64,000 nt of DNA from Eledone cirrhosa. Its lineage: Eukaryota. Positions 32,680 through 49,000 of the stretch are shown in pieces. Every line of letters starts with the position of its first letter. Positions within the stretch are counted from its first letter, which is position 1. The notes under the pieces are model-generated. The model ran no database searches. It was given only the letters and a program-made list of their open reading frames with translations, and was not told the DNA's origin. The DNA is taken from positions 356,252,001 through 356,316,000 of the forward strand of contig OZ024741.1 of assembly GCA_964016885.1 (NCBI GenBank), read 5' to 3'. Both the position numbers and the translations under genes were made by a program.

Positions 32680-33660
32680 ATATAGATAAGGAAAGTAGTC
32701 TATCTTGGACCAACAACCGCTATATTGGCTCCCACTTTGAAGGATACGCTTTTGCAATCCAAGAACAGGAGATTAACACGAAATACCTGATTCACAAAAG
32801 AGATAGGGATGCAGGCAAAACACCTAGATGTGATAACAAGTGCAGACTCTGCAGAACTAACATCGAGGATATCACCCATGTCATCAGCAGCTGTCCAAAG
32901 ATGTCATCGCGGTACTATCTACCTATGAGGCATGATGTAGTGCCCAAAGCACTGTACAATGCAGTTCGTAAAAAAGATAGCCCGATAATAAACACATTAA
33001 AAGCTACAGCAATGTGGAAGACATCCATGTACATAATATGAAAGAGTACTGGTGGAATGTTCCAGTAAAAACCCCAATAAAATGCAGGCATAACAGACCA
33101 AATATTATGATATGGGACAGGGAGAAGAAAGCACGCACAGTAGTGGAGGTTAGCTGTCCAGCAGATGCCAATATAATATCAAAGATTAGCGAAAAGGAGA
33201 ATATTTATGCAGAACTGATGAGAAATCTGCAGATACTCCACCCTGATTACATCTTCAGCTTTATGCCTGTGATTATTGGGGCACTGGGGTATGTTAGTAA
33301 CTGCTTCAATACAAATCTTGAGAAGCTAGGCTTCACAGGAACAGAAAGAACACAACAGTTAGGAAATTACAAGTACAATCCATTAATGGAACAGTAAAAA
33401 TATGTAAAACATTCCAAAGATTTTGCATCTAATAACTGCATATACACATGTACCGATACAAAGCATATACACATCCACACATACAACTCAAAACATACAC
33501 ATCCACACATACAATAACATCCATATCTACACATGCAGACATGCATACATAATCTACCTAGTTGATGTTGTGTAAATTCCAATGAGAGAGTCTTGTGTCT
33601 ATGTTAGAAACCGATTCTCTCTCTATTGATAAAACTTTGTGAAATTATAAAACCAGAATA
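32680..33660 (+). mobile_element. 3' fragment of an R4/Dong-like RLE non-LTR retrotransposon
   Basis: [15 protein letters not shown] knuckle CRLC...ITHVISSC, RHD, HNRP(N)I..WD....VEVSCP, and PVIIGALG. Frameshifted; flanked on both sides by (CATA)n. Confidence 0.85.
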
Positions 33661-33667
33661 ACATACA

Positions 33668-33700
<33 letters not shown>

Positions 33701-33919
33701 GTATATATATATATGTATATAATAGGTACCTCTAATCACGTCAATAAGGATTTTCGAAGCTGTGTTCACGGCTATTTGCCTATGTTCGGGATTTTCTACA
33801 TTTATATATATATATATGGTGCTTCTGCATGAGGATAATGGCGGCTTATGTCTTTCAATACTTTTCTGTAGCTTATTTATCAATTAATTTCATGTACTCG
33901 TATTTCTTTGATTATATAG

Positions 33920-34054
33920 GACTGTAAATACAGGATCAAATAACATTATTATTCTAATGCTGGAAGTCCTTGGTGGAAGCGTCTATCTCAACTTTTCTCT
34001 GGTGTACTTCATTGGAATTTTTACTGTTAGCGTTTACTCCATGTTAGCGAGAAG
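33920..34054 (+). CDS. SLC22 gene, exon D (TM7-TM8)
   Basis: Acceptor attatatag|, donor |gtaaga. Phase 2/2 fits both neighbours. Encodes (W)TVNTGSNNIIILMLEVLGGSVYLNFSL..., resembling the SLC22 'L.G..YLNF' motif. Confidence 0.88.
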
Positions 34055-34718
34055 GTAAGAGAATTTCCTCATTATTGCAAATAAATGGAAACAGAAGACT
34101 GACAGAAACAGTAAGAAGCAGGACTAAATGTCCCACCGTAATTTACTTACAATTCTCTTACATTTTTAGTTTAATCCTTTCGTTATCATATTCCTAATAA
34201 AAGACAAGGCCTATTATTATAAAACTAGTGAACCATAACGTTAACATTGGCAGCAATAAGCATTGAACGCATTTACGTTTCGAAGTTCAGGATTTGTATG
34301 CCATATAAACCAGATTACCGGATATATGAACAGTCATACAAACTGAGAAATTTGCGTTTTAATAAATTTGTGGTTTGTACTAGAGAACCTTATGGTTTAT
34401 GTTGATTACTGACTCGTGAAAGTGATTAAAGATAAGAATGATGTTTTAATAACTTATTTCTAGGATATAACTGCATAAATGTTCAGCATATATATATATA
34501 AATAACACAGAATTGAATGTATGAGTAACTTTAGAGAAACAGCTATCATATTTACAGGGACAAATGTAGAGTGGAACCCATGAACCTCTGAGTGGAAAGC
34601 GAACCTTTTTATTGTAGCAACATGATTGATTTACATTGGGTTTATGTTTGTGCGTTTATATTTTAAAGAGAGTTGCAGATGGATACACACAGATACATAT
34701 ATATATATATATGTGTGT

Positions 34719-34774
<56 letters not shown>

Positions 34775-35111
34775 CTTGATTATATATATATAATAATAAT
34801 AATAATTGTTTCTACTTTTGGCACAAGGCCAGCAATTTTGGGGGAAAGGAAAGTCGATTAAATCGACTCCAGTGCGTGACTGGTACTTTATTTTATCGAC
34901 CCCGTAAGGATGAAAAGCAAAGTTAACCTCGGCGTGATTTGATCTCAGATCATAAAGGGCCGTAACTCTATGCTGCATCCATTTTTCCATTCTCCCATGG
35001 GTTAGACGAGTTGTCCTATTTGAGGCAAGTCAAGTTAGGTGACCGTGTCTTGCTCATATAGAACTGTTTTGGGGTGGGTTTCTATGGCTAGATGCCCTTC
35101 TTAATGCCAAC

Positions 35112-35640
35112 CACATTTACAGTGTGTGCTGGGTGCTTTTTGTCATGACACCTACACGACCACATTACAGTGTGTGGTGGGTGCTTTTTGTCATGACACC
35201 TACACGACCACTTTACAGTGTGTGGTGGGTGCTTTTTGTCATGACACCTACACGACCACATTACAGTGTGTGGTGGGTGCTTTTTGTCATGACACCTACA
35301 CGACCACATTACAGTGTGTGGTGGGTGCTTTTTGTCATGACACCTACACGACCACATTACAGTGTGTGCTGGGTGCTTTTTGTCATGACACCTACACGAC
35401 CACATTACAGTATGTGGTGGGTGCTTTTTGTCATGACACCTACACGACCACATTACAGTGTGTGCTGGGTGCTTTTTGTCATGACACCTACACGACCACA
35501 TTACAGTGTGTGCTGGGTGCTTTTTGTCATGACACCTACACGACCACATTACAGTGTGTGGTGGGTGCTTTTTGTCATGACACCTACACGACCACATTAC
35601 AGTGTGTGCTGGGTGCTTTTTGTCGTGACATCTACACAAC
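35112..35640 (+). repeat. 48-bp minisatellite, about 11 copies
   Basis: Unit cacattacagtgtgtg(g/c)tgggtgctttttgtcatgacacctacacgac, head-to-tail with no spacers. Confidence 0.95.
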
Positions 35641-35642
35641 TA

Positions 35643-35701
<59 letters not shown>

Positions 35702-35731
35702 ATCAAAAGATGGTTAAAAGAGTTCCATGTA

Positions 35732-35798
35732 TTTTATTATGCGCATTTCAAAATCAAATATCATCATGGGATGATATTTGCGTTCTCATCAGATAAAA
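35732..35798 (-). ncRNA. Type I hammerhead ribozyme (family A, diverged copy)
   Basis: ttttat-CTGATGA-gaacg caaatatcatc ccat gatgatatttg atttt-GAAA-tgcgca-TA-ataaaa. Confidence 0.85.
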
Positions 35799-35855
35799 TA
35801 GGGAGACATGATATGAAGCTTAAAAAACACTTGCGAGCAGTGAAGTGTTAAATCA

Positions 35856-35915
<60 letters not shown>

Positions 35916-36650
35916 AAGAATTTCTATCTTTCTCATTATTAAGCTGATATTTTGGAGCATAGTTCCCATGGAACGTTGTTAGATAAATATAAACATGTTA
36001 AGTCTTTTGTAACCATATTTCTAATGAAAAGCACTGACTATTAATATTAATATAATTTTGAAAATAACGAAGAATTTGGAAGGGTTTAGTAAAATGATTA
36101 ATGTTCTCGTTAATACGCTGGTGTTGGTGTTTACTTAACAAAATTTTACTCTTAAATAAAATTATGATAAAAGGTTTTTGTCAAACTGCGCCACCGATGA
36201 ATGCGAGAAAGTTCTCCAGGAAAGTTAACCAAGAATCTTTAAAAAATCTCCCCACCGAAGTTAACAAAAAACTTACTAGATCTAACAAACCAAATTGTAG
36301 AATTATATTATATAATTAAATTAAATTGTTTAGAACTACAAGTGAAGTCATTCTTTTCCTTTTTTAATATATATATATATATATATAAATATTTTTTTTA
36401 ATGTTCGCTCTACATGGCTGAATACAATAAATGTAACCTGAGATTTTCGAATATTAATAATAATATTCGATTCGTTTGCAATTATGCAAACACCCACTTT
36501 TTTAAAGCCATGTGAGTAGAATGAGCTCCCATTCTTTCTCTTGCGTTGGCATGTAAACAGAATACATATATACATATATATATGTATATATGTATATACG
36601 TATATATATGTATGTGTGTATATATATATATATATATACGTATATATATG

Positions 36651-36770
<120 letters not shown>

Positions 36771-36771
36771 C

Positions 36772-36900
<129 letters not shown>

Positions 36901-36905
36901 TATAC

Positions 36906-37143
<238 letters not shown>

Positions 37144-37144
37144 C

Positions 37145-39985
<2,841 letters not shown>

Positions 39986-39988
39986 CAC

Positions 39989-40113
<125 letters not shown>

Positions 40114-40274
40114 CATATATATACACATACATATATATACGTATATACATATATATATACATATACATATATATATATATATATACATAAATATATACAT
40201 ATATATATATATACATATATATATACATATACATATATATATATATATAAATATATACATATATATATATACAT

Positions 40275-40669
40275 ATAAAATATTAAACAAATAATGAATA
40301 AACAATTCCTTATATTAAACAAAAAAAGTTCATTATTTAACGATCGTTTCTAGGGTATATATGTGTTATAATTGGTATGCATATTCAACAGATCTATGTA
40401 CAAAATTATACAAAATTATACAAATTATCAAGATTAAATATACATACCTAACACATATATACGCCGTCTTCTGAAGACGGCGTATATATGTGTTAGGTAT
40501 GTATATTTAATCTTGATAATTTGTATAATTTTGTATAATTTTGTACATAGATCTGTTGAATATGCATACCAATTATAACACATATATACCCTAGAAACGA
40601 TCGTTAAATAATGAACTTTTTTTGTTTAATATAAGGAATTGTTTATTCATTATTTGTTTAATATTTTAT
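40275..40669. repeat. ~395-bp near-perfect palindrome centred at 40472
   Basis: tatacgccgtcttc-t-gaagacggcgtata, with arms matching out to ataaaatattaaac / gtttaatattttat. Confidence 0.93.
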
Positions 40670-40811
40670 CTTGACTCTGTATACCGTTTATCTTTCACCG
40701 AAAGTGGATTTTCATTACATCTCTTCTTTCCATGATATCCGGAATACATTGAGTTCTTCATACGGATTGGACACTACCGTAAACTCTTGGTAGATTTATC
40801 TACATATATAC

Positions 40812-40869
<58 letters not shown>

Positions 40870-40889
40870 TATGTTTAGACAACAGAACG

Positions 40890-40931
<42 letters not shown>

Positions 40932-40932
40932 C

Positions 40933-40967
<35 letters not shown>

Positions 40968-41006
40968 CACATATATATACATATATATGCATATCTATAT
41001 AATACG

Positions 41007-41038
<32 letters not shown>

Positions 41039-41054
41039 CATATCTATATAATAC

Positions 41055-41093
<39 letters not shown>

Positions 41094-41166
41094 GATATAG
41101 ATATATATATATATATATAGATATACAAATATATATCCATATATATATACATATATACATATATAC

Positions 41167-41217
<51 letters not shown>

Positions 41218-41264
41218 TACATATATATATATATATACATATATATATACATATATATATATAC

Positions 41265-41382
<118 letters not shown>

Positions 41383-41930
41383 TTTCTGAATTTGTTTAGC
41401 AAGATTACTTATTTGAAAACGTGTGTTGAAACCGATATTGTTATACTTTGGGAGGGTCATGTTGCCAATAACAAACACACGCACCAGTTGTTTTCACTTT
41501 AATTTATTATAAATTTCCGGCTGGTTGGTTGGTTCTATAACCGGATGGTTGTTCATATATTGTCAAAGTTCTTTCGTCACACATTCTGTGACCTCTTCAG
41601 TGACTGGGGATTCTTTTCTTTATTTTTTATTTTGTGCCTCTCCTTTGTTCTGTCCTACGCCATCGCGAACAAAGGAGAGACACAAAATAAAAAATAAAGA
41701 AAAGAATACCCAGTCACTGAAGAGGTCACAGAATGTGTGACGAAAGAACTTTGACAATATAGGAACAACCATCCGGTTATAGAACCAACCAACCGGAAAT
41801 TTATAATAAATTGAAGTGAAAACAACTGGTGCGTGTGTTTCTTATTGGTAAACTGACCCCCCACCCCACCCCACCCCAAAGTATAACAATATATATATAT
41901 ATATATATATAAGCTACTTTCCTTTGGTAG

Positions 41931-42016
41931 ATTCGGCCACAAAATATCGCTAGAAAGTTTGAAGATATATGTTGCTGTGTGTGTTATTTCTGCATCTCTA
42001 ATACAAATGTTGGCAG
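41931..42016 (+). CDS. SLC22 gene, exon E
   Basis: Acceptor cctttggtag|, donor CAG|gtaata. Encodes (R)FGHKISL...VAVCVISASLIQMLA, the second MFS 'R.GR(R/K)'-like loop. Phases 2/1 fit. Confidence 0.85.
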
Positions 42017-42554
42017 GTAATATTCAGATTGTGTATTCTTTATGTTTATATTCCATTTCTATTTCATTGGCGAGTTACTCTTGTTGCTACGACCGGAACC
42101 CATCGGCCTTGACCGAGGAGACGCTATTTTCCAGGCGGGATAACTCTTTTCCTGCTTACGTAGGGTAGGTCACTCATCTGGGACGCCATATATTACGGCG
42201 CTTTCTCCTGTACCAAATGTGTTGCTTTGATCACTAGTCCGTCGATTAACTGGTCGTTTACTTTTTGTACCAGACACTATCGAAACCTGCTGTTTTCAAG
42301 CACCAAATCAAGTTTGTGGCATGACACCTGATGAAAGAGATCTGTGGGATGGAATGGCTGATGTAGCATGTATCGTTCCCTGTTCTTTTCGGCAACGTTG
42401 TCATCATCATGTCTGTTGGATGGGGGTCTACTATTTTTTTGTTTGTTTGTTATTGTTATGTACCTGCTTATTATTGGTGCTATCTTACTCGTGTCTACAG
42501 TTTTCATAATTCTGTAACAACTTATTATTGATGTCATTATCATTATCATCAAGT

Positions 42555-45500
42555 ATAAGGCGGTGGATTGGCAAAATTGTTAGAGTCTCTTTATGTTCTG
42601 AGTTTAAATCTCGCCGAGATCAATTTTGCATTTCATCCTCATGAGAGCGTTATAATAGATTGTCCTTCAAATTGCTGGCCTTGTGCCAATGTTAGAAAGA
42701 ATTTTTATTACCATCATGTTTAGGGTGGTGGTTTGGCAGAATAGTTAGACAAAATTTATTGACGTATTTCTTCCGGCTTTTTACTTCTAGGTTCAAATTT
42801 TGTCGAGGTCAAATTTGTCTTTCATCCTTTTGGGATTGTTAAAATATAGTATCTGTCAAGTACTGGGGTCAATATGAGCTCATTTGCTAGGCGTGTGGCA
42901 TGTGTGAATTCTGACCATTCTGTCCAGAAAAAGCTGGAAAAACAGAAAAAAAAATAGAAACCAGTAAAAACATCAACAACTGCAGGCCTCGGAAAGTGTT
43001 GTATCCAAAAACCCATTGGTTGCAGCTCCAACGATAGGAGGAAAAATCATCTCCTTCTCGATACAAATGAAAGCTCAGAAGGAGTGGCCAGCTTAAAATG
43101 TAGGAAAAGACAAAAGAAATAATATATTCAAACCGAAGGCCTGTATGAAACATATGGAACAATATGAGATTCACAACTGTTCGATGCAGTAACGTGATCT
43201 TGATAGACTTAATGATCGAGATAAAGGAAAGCGTAGAGAACTGTGTGTTGGTTGAGTCATGAATTGACACACAGCTCTTAGGGTGTTGGTGAAAACCACA
43301 CCAATAGTTTATCATCTGAAGCATGTGAAACCAAGGGAAAGGACTTAGAAATGAACATAAAATTAATGGAATGACGTCCCTTGATTAGTACTCTAATTTT
43401 ATATATTAATTTATTTATTCGTGTACCTTATCTAAATATTTAATATCTTAATACTGTATATTGTATAACGTTTTACGCCAGCTCTTGTATTTATATAACT
43501 ATGCATATACATTCCCACACACCTCGTGACACTTTCTTTGTAACATGTATAAATGTATGGGTCTTTATGATGAATAAATGAAAACTATTATTATTTTGGC
43601 AGAATGGTGGTGGATTGGCCGTATCGGTAGAGGGTCGGACGCCATGCTTTGACGCATAGAGTTACGGCTCTTGCTATTCTGAGTTCAAATCCCGCCGAGG
43701 TTAACTTTGCCTTTCATCCTTACGGGGTCGATAAAATAAAGTACCAGTAATGCACTGGGTAATTGCTGGCCTTGTGCCAAAAGTAGAAACTATTATTATT
43801 TTGGCAGAATTTTAGAGCGTCGGACAAAGTTCTTTACCTTATTTGTCCCGGTTCTTTAAGTTCTGAATTCAAATTGCTTTTGAAAAAAAAAAGAGAGAGA
43901 GAAGCGAAGAAAAAGTTTTTTTTTTTTTTAAGCAATGAGAGAAAGGGGGTGAAATAAAGAATAAAAGAGATAAGAGGGTGTCAACTTTGCCTTTCATCCT
44001 AAAATAAAATAAAGTTGCAGTCAAATGCCGAAGCCTGTGTAATCGACTTTCACGTCCCTTCAAAATGGCCCCTAAATTAGAAACCATTATTATTAAGGAT
44101 TGGATTGGCAGTATCGGTAGAGGGCCGGACGCCATGCTTTGACGCATAGAGTTATGGCCCTTGCCATTCTGAGTTCAAATCCCGCCGAAGTAAACTTTGC
44201 CTTTCATCCTTATGGGGTCGGTAAAATAAAGTACCAGTAATGTACTGGGATAATTGCTGGCCTTATGCCAAAAGTAGAAACACTTATTATTATTGTGTTG
44301 AATAGGCAGAATCGTTAGATCGTCGAACAAAAAAGCTTCGCATTCTCTGTCCCGTCTCCTTACATTCTGGGTACAAATCCTGCTGAAGTTAGCTTTGTAC
44401 TTCATCTTTCCAGGGTTGATAGAATAAAGTACTAGTCATGAACTGTGGTCGACGTAATAGACTTTCCCCACCTCTCAAAATTGCTGGCCTTGCGCATGAA
44501 TTACAATCCAATACTATCCCACCCGTTCCTGGATCGCTAAAGTAAAATAACTGTCTAGTCATGTGATCGTCATAATCAGCTTTACATCCTCCCACCCCCG
44601 AATCTGTGACTGCCTTTTAAAGAAATCGGTGTTTTTGTTGTTTCTTTTTTTATTGTAGTTGTTGTTCTCCTTATACTCGACTTCTTTTTCTTCTTCTCAT
44701 CGATATAATCAACTGTCCATCCACTCAACCACTATCTCTGGCCTTGTGCCTTTTAAAGAAATCAATATTATTGTTGTTATTGCCAATGTTGTTTTTGTTC
44801 TAGTTGTTGTTGTTTTTGTTGTTGTTTTTGTTGTTCTTTTTTTTTTTTTTTTTTTTTGCTTTCGTTGAATAATATTCCTAAATACTATAAGCTCCATTCA
44901 ACTGTAATACATTTTCTCTCTCTTCTTTTTTTTTTTTTAGAAAACAGCCAAACGATGGAATACATCATCCTAGTATTAAATCTTTTATCTATTGGAGGAC
45001 TGAATGCTGCGTGTGGAGGTGATTTCATCTACACTTCAGAGCTGTATCCTACAGAAATACGGTAATGGAGCACAAATAACAACTGTTTCTAGTAATATGA
45101 CGTCAGGAGGGTGCTGGGCTGGAAATATGAGTAGAGCGTCGGACAAAAATCTTTGCGATATTTAGTGAGAACTTTCTACATAGGGAGTTCATATCCCGCC
45201 GAGACTTTTTGTCTTTCATCCTTCTGAGGTCGATAAAATAAAGTATCACTTAAGTACTGGGGGTCGATATAATCAACTTTCCCTTTGCTCCAAATTGCTG
45301 ACCTTGTGCCAATGTTAGAAAGGATTAGTATGAAACCAGGCCTACCTTTTTTTGTACATTTGGTGGTTACAAAAATATAAAATTGAAATTCATACAAGTT
45401 TAAATGCATTAAATATGGTGGATCTTTGATCACTTAAACCTATAGTTCGTGAGTATTTCACAACCAAGTCTACTCTTTGCATAATTCTCATGCAAAATCA

Positions 45501-47660
45501 GTATGATACAATATGTAAGACTGAGCCTTTGAATTACAGGTACAATCTGATGGGCTTCCACACAGTTTCTGTTAACCCACTTGTAGTTACAAGGTTTGGA
45601 TTAACGCTAATCTAAAGACATTTGCCCAAGATATCATGCAGTCGGATCGAACTCGGAACCACATGCTTGCTAAATGAACCTTTTAACCGCTCAGCTATGC
45701 CTGTGTAATAGATATAATTGTTTCTACATTTGGCACAAGGCCAGCAATTATCCCAGTGTATTACTGGTACTTTATTTTATCGACCCCGTAAGGATGAAAG
45801 GCAAAGTTAACCTCGGCGGGATTTGAACTCAGACCATAAAGGGACGTAACTCTTTGCTGCAAAGCATGGCGTCCGACCCTCTACCAATACTGTCAATCCA
45901 CCGCCTGTGTAATAGATATAATTGTTTCTACTTTAGGCACAAGGACAGCAATTACCCAGTGCATTACTGGTACTTTATTTTATCGACCCCGTAAGGATGA
46001 AAGGCAAAGTCAACCTCGGCGGGATTTGAACTCAGATCGTAAAGGGACGTAACTATGCTGCAAAGCATGGCGTCCGACCCTCTACCGATACTGCCAATCC
46101 ACCACCTTAGATAATAGATATAATGATAGTTGGAATCGGTGGACGTATTTTTGCTATTTTTATTTCTACCTGGAAATTCAATTTCTATTTGAATTTCAAA
46201 TAATTATTCAGATATATTTCTTCATTTTCATATATTTCTTTGAATATAGGAAAATATTTCAGTTTTGTCAATTTGAAATTTAAAAATAAGAACATTTTAT
46301 GAGCAAACCCAAATGTCAGGAGTCTCCGAGGTATACCACAAGCAAGGAGGAGGAGGAGGAGGAGGAGGAGGAGGAGGAGGAGGAGGGGAACGAATTTGAA
46401 TTAAGAATTGCATTAGACGACATTGCAAGTTGCTCATCTACATTTTTTATTACTTAGTCAGAAAGAAGGACGGCACCCATGGCCTTTTTTAGGAGCCTCT
46501 AAGACTGCTGAGAGTGAGAGATAAAAATGCCCTCGAGCTGGAGTGAGGGAAGGAAGGTGGCCTCGAACGAGTGAGAGAAGGGCGGTACGCTCAAACAGGA
46601 GTGAGAGAGGAAAATATCCTCAAACTGGAGTGTTGATGTTAAACCGGGTGACAGATTAAGTTTACCACGACAGGATTTGAACTCAGAAGGAGATGGAACA
46701 ATTACCGCAAAACATTCCACCCTGAGCCCTATTGATTTCGTCAATCTACTGCCCTGGACTAATGCTTTCTTTTTTACCTCAGAAGTATGGAAGCAAAGTT
46801 AACTTCGGCGGGATTTGAACTCAAAACATAAAGAGCCGGTGTAAATGGGATTTTGTCCAACACTCTAAAACTTTTATTAATTCAGGGTCTGTATTTTGAT
46901 TTAATTTCTCCTACCAAATTGAATTGGGTAGTCAAATGGACTAACGCTACTGTATTTTACCTGCTTTAGTATCTCACACACAATCACAACTGGAGCCTCT
47001 ATGCTTCGACCGCTATGCCAAGATAACCCTCTTCCCATTTGAGGCAAGTAAATCTCTAATTTGTTACGCCATGTGCTGCGACACTTTCTCTGCCTCCAAC
47101 CTTGTCGCTTTGGCCACAAACCCTTAACTCAGAGAAGAGGAAGATTAGAAGGAGTGCATCCTGCCTGATGAAAGAGTCCCTTGAAATGGAATGGCTGAAA
47201 CAGCGAATGTTGCTGGTTGTTCTTTGTGGCAATGCCTTTATCATTTTGTCAGCGTGGCGCAGCTAAGACTGGGATGTAGAGTTTGTTGCTCCCTTCCTCG
47301 TTTCCCATACTTTTGCTATTTATTCTTTTCTTTCTTTTTCATTGCATATATTATATAATCCAAACACTGATTTATACATTCACGCTACCGGGGCGGTGGA
47401 AGCATTTCTGAATTGGAGGTGGGGTGGGGAGGAATTTGTCAATTTAGTTGCAATGATTAGTTTAGCTGTTATTGTGGATTGGCAGTATCGGTAGAGGGTT
47501 TGACGCCATGCTTTCCAGCATAGTTACGTCCCTTTATGATCTGAGTTCAAATCCCGCCGAGGTTGACTTTGCCTTTCATCCTTACGGGGTCGATAAAATA
47601 AAGTACCAGTAATGCACTGGGTAATTGCTGGCCTTGTGCCTAAAGTAGAAACAATTATAA
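42555..47660. mobile_element. Dense cluster of one SINE family in both orientations (also at ~34805-34985 and ~18400-18470)
   Basis: Recurrent gagttcaaatcccgccgaggttaactttgcctttcatccttacggggtcgataaaataaagtaccagt...gctggccttgtgcc with a tRNA B-box-like gagttcaaatc. + copies at ~42555-42870, 43595-44500, 45100-45325 and 47470-47655; - copies at ~45715-46110 and 46660-46880. Confidence 0.85.
44941..45061 (+). CDS. SLC22 gene, exon F
   Basis: Long polypyrimidine tract and tag|, donor |gtaatg. Encodes ...FIYTSELYPTEI(R), the SLC22 ELYPT signature. Confidence 0.93.
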
Positions 47661-47858
47661 AGATATAAAAATAAAACTTTGATATGTGATAAACATAACA
47701 TGTACATAAATTGTAGCGCATATACAAATAGATGTGTTTTTGGTAGTTTGGGGAGATATATAATTATTGGAGGGAACATGGCCTCCTTGCCCATCCTCCA
47801 GTTCCACTGCCCCTACGCTAAATATTGTTTCTAATAATAAACATGTTTGTCACTACAG

Positions 47859-47931
47859 AAGTGCCGGAAATGGTTTTGCTACAATGTTCATGCGAGTTGC
47901 ATGCATGGCAGCACCTTTCTTCAAACTCCTG
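47859..47931 (+). CDS. SLC22 gene, exon G (TM11)
   Basis: Acceptor ctacag|, donor |gtaagt. Encodes (R)SAGNGFATMFMRVACMAAPFFKLL. Confidence 0.92.
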
Positions 47932-48030
47932 GTAAGTGAACCATGAAGTTTATTTAATCTAAGCTATTGGTAACATATTTAGCTACATGAACTTAATTAA
48001 GAGCACTACTACCAATTAAGTTCGCTATAG

Positions 48031-48212
48031 CAGGCATGTCAAACATGCGGCCCTTTACAAGCACACCTGTGGCCCGCACACAGGTTCTTAGAGCGTAATA
48101 TAAAATTTAAAAAAATGAGTTGTAATGTGAGCAATTAGTTGCCATGTGTGGTCCTCAGACAACACATATGTGACGCATGTAGCCCTCGGCGACCCTCAGT
48201 TTGACATGCCTG
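48031..48212. mobile_element. hAT-type MITE
   Basis: TIRs caggcatgtcaaac / gtttgacatgcctg with 8-bp TSD cgctatag / cgctataa. Confidence 0.9.
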
Positions 48213-48224
48213 CGCTATAACATA

Positions 48225-48330
48225 TGCTTAGTGGTTAAAGAGTTGCATTTTCCATCGTGGGGTTGCAAGTTCAATTCTCGGACCGGGTGATGCGTTGTGT
48301 CCTTGAGCAAGACACTTTATTTCACATTAC
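48225..48330 (+). mobile_element. tRNA-derived SINE head fragment
   Basis: A-box-like gcttagtggtt and B-box-like agttcaattc, followed by ttgtgtccttgagcaagacact. Confidence 0.6.
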
Positions 48331-49000
48331 TCCTTCTAACAGGAGTTGCGACGGGTAGATAGTATCAGCAATGGAAAGACTAATGGAAACATTGTTTCCT
48401 TGGTCCAATTTGACGAGGTCCACCCCACTCAGCAAGCAAATGAGGTCTGGGATCTTGTCGATCGATCAGAGCAAGTAAGTGATAATGATTAAATCAACCA
48501 CAATCTTCCTTAAATATTTGCACGATCTGTTTCATTTGTAGTGATTGAAGTAAATGGTATTCCATTTTAGTCTTCACCACTTTGTTATGGGTGGTATTCA
48601 TTTCACAGCATACGCATATAACTAAATACACACACACGCACTATCTCTCTCTCTTTCTCTCACTCATACACACACGCACTATTTCTCTCTCCTTCTCTCA
48701 CTCATACACACAATCCCTCTCTCTCACTCACTCACTCACACACTCTCTCACACAAACTCCCACACACTCTCTCACACAAACTCCCACACACTCTCTCTTT
48801 CTCTCTCTCTCTCTCAATCACACACACACATGTAACTCACGTACTTTGTTTCTCTTGCACACGCACGCACGCTATTCACACGGAAGTTTGTTTGTTTGGT
48901 TACTTGTTTGCTTGCCTAGTTGGATTGAAATCTGTTTCTTAATCTACTGGATTATTTTATGTAATTCCCCATCTATATATACTCATCTTTCCATCCACAG

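Noticed and set aside
35112-35640. CRISPR-like array or repeat protein (CRCHDKKHP...)
   Set aside because: Contiguous identical units with no unique spacers, no cas genes, eukaryotic context; open in several frames only because the unit is 48 bp.
43595-48330. tRNA genes
   Set aside because: Only A/B-box-like SINE heads; no complete cloverleaf was seen.
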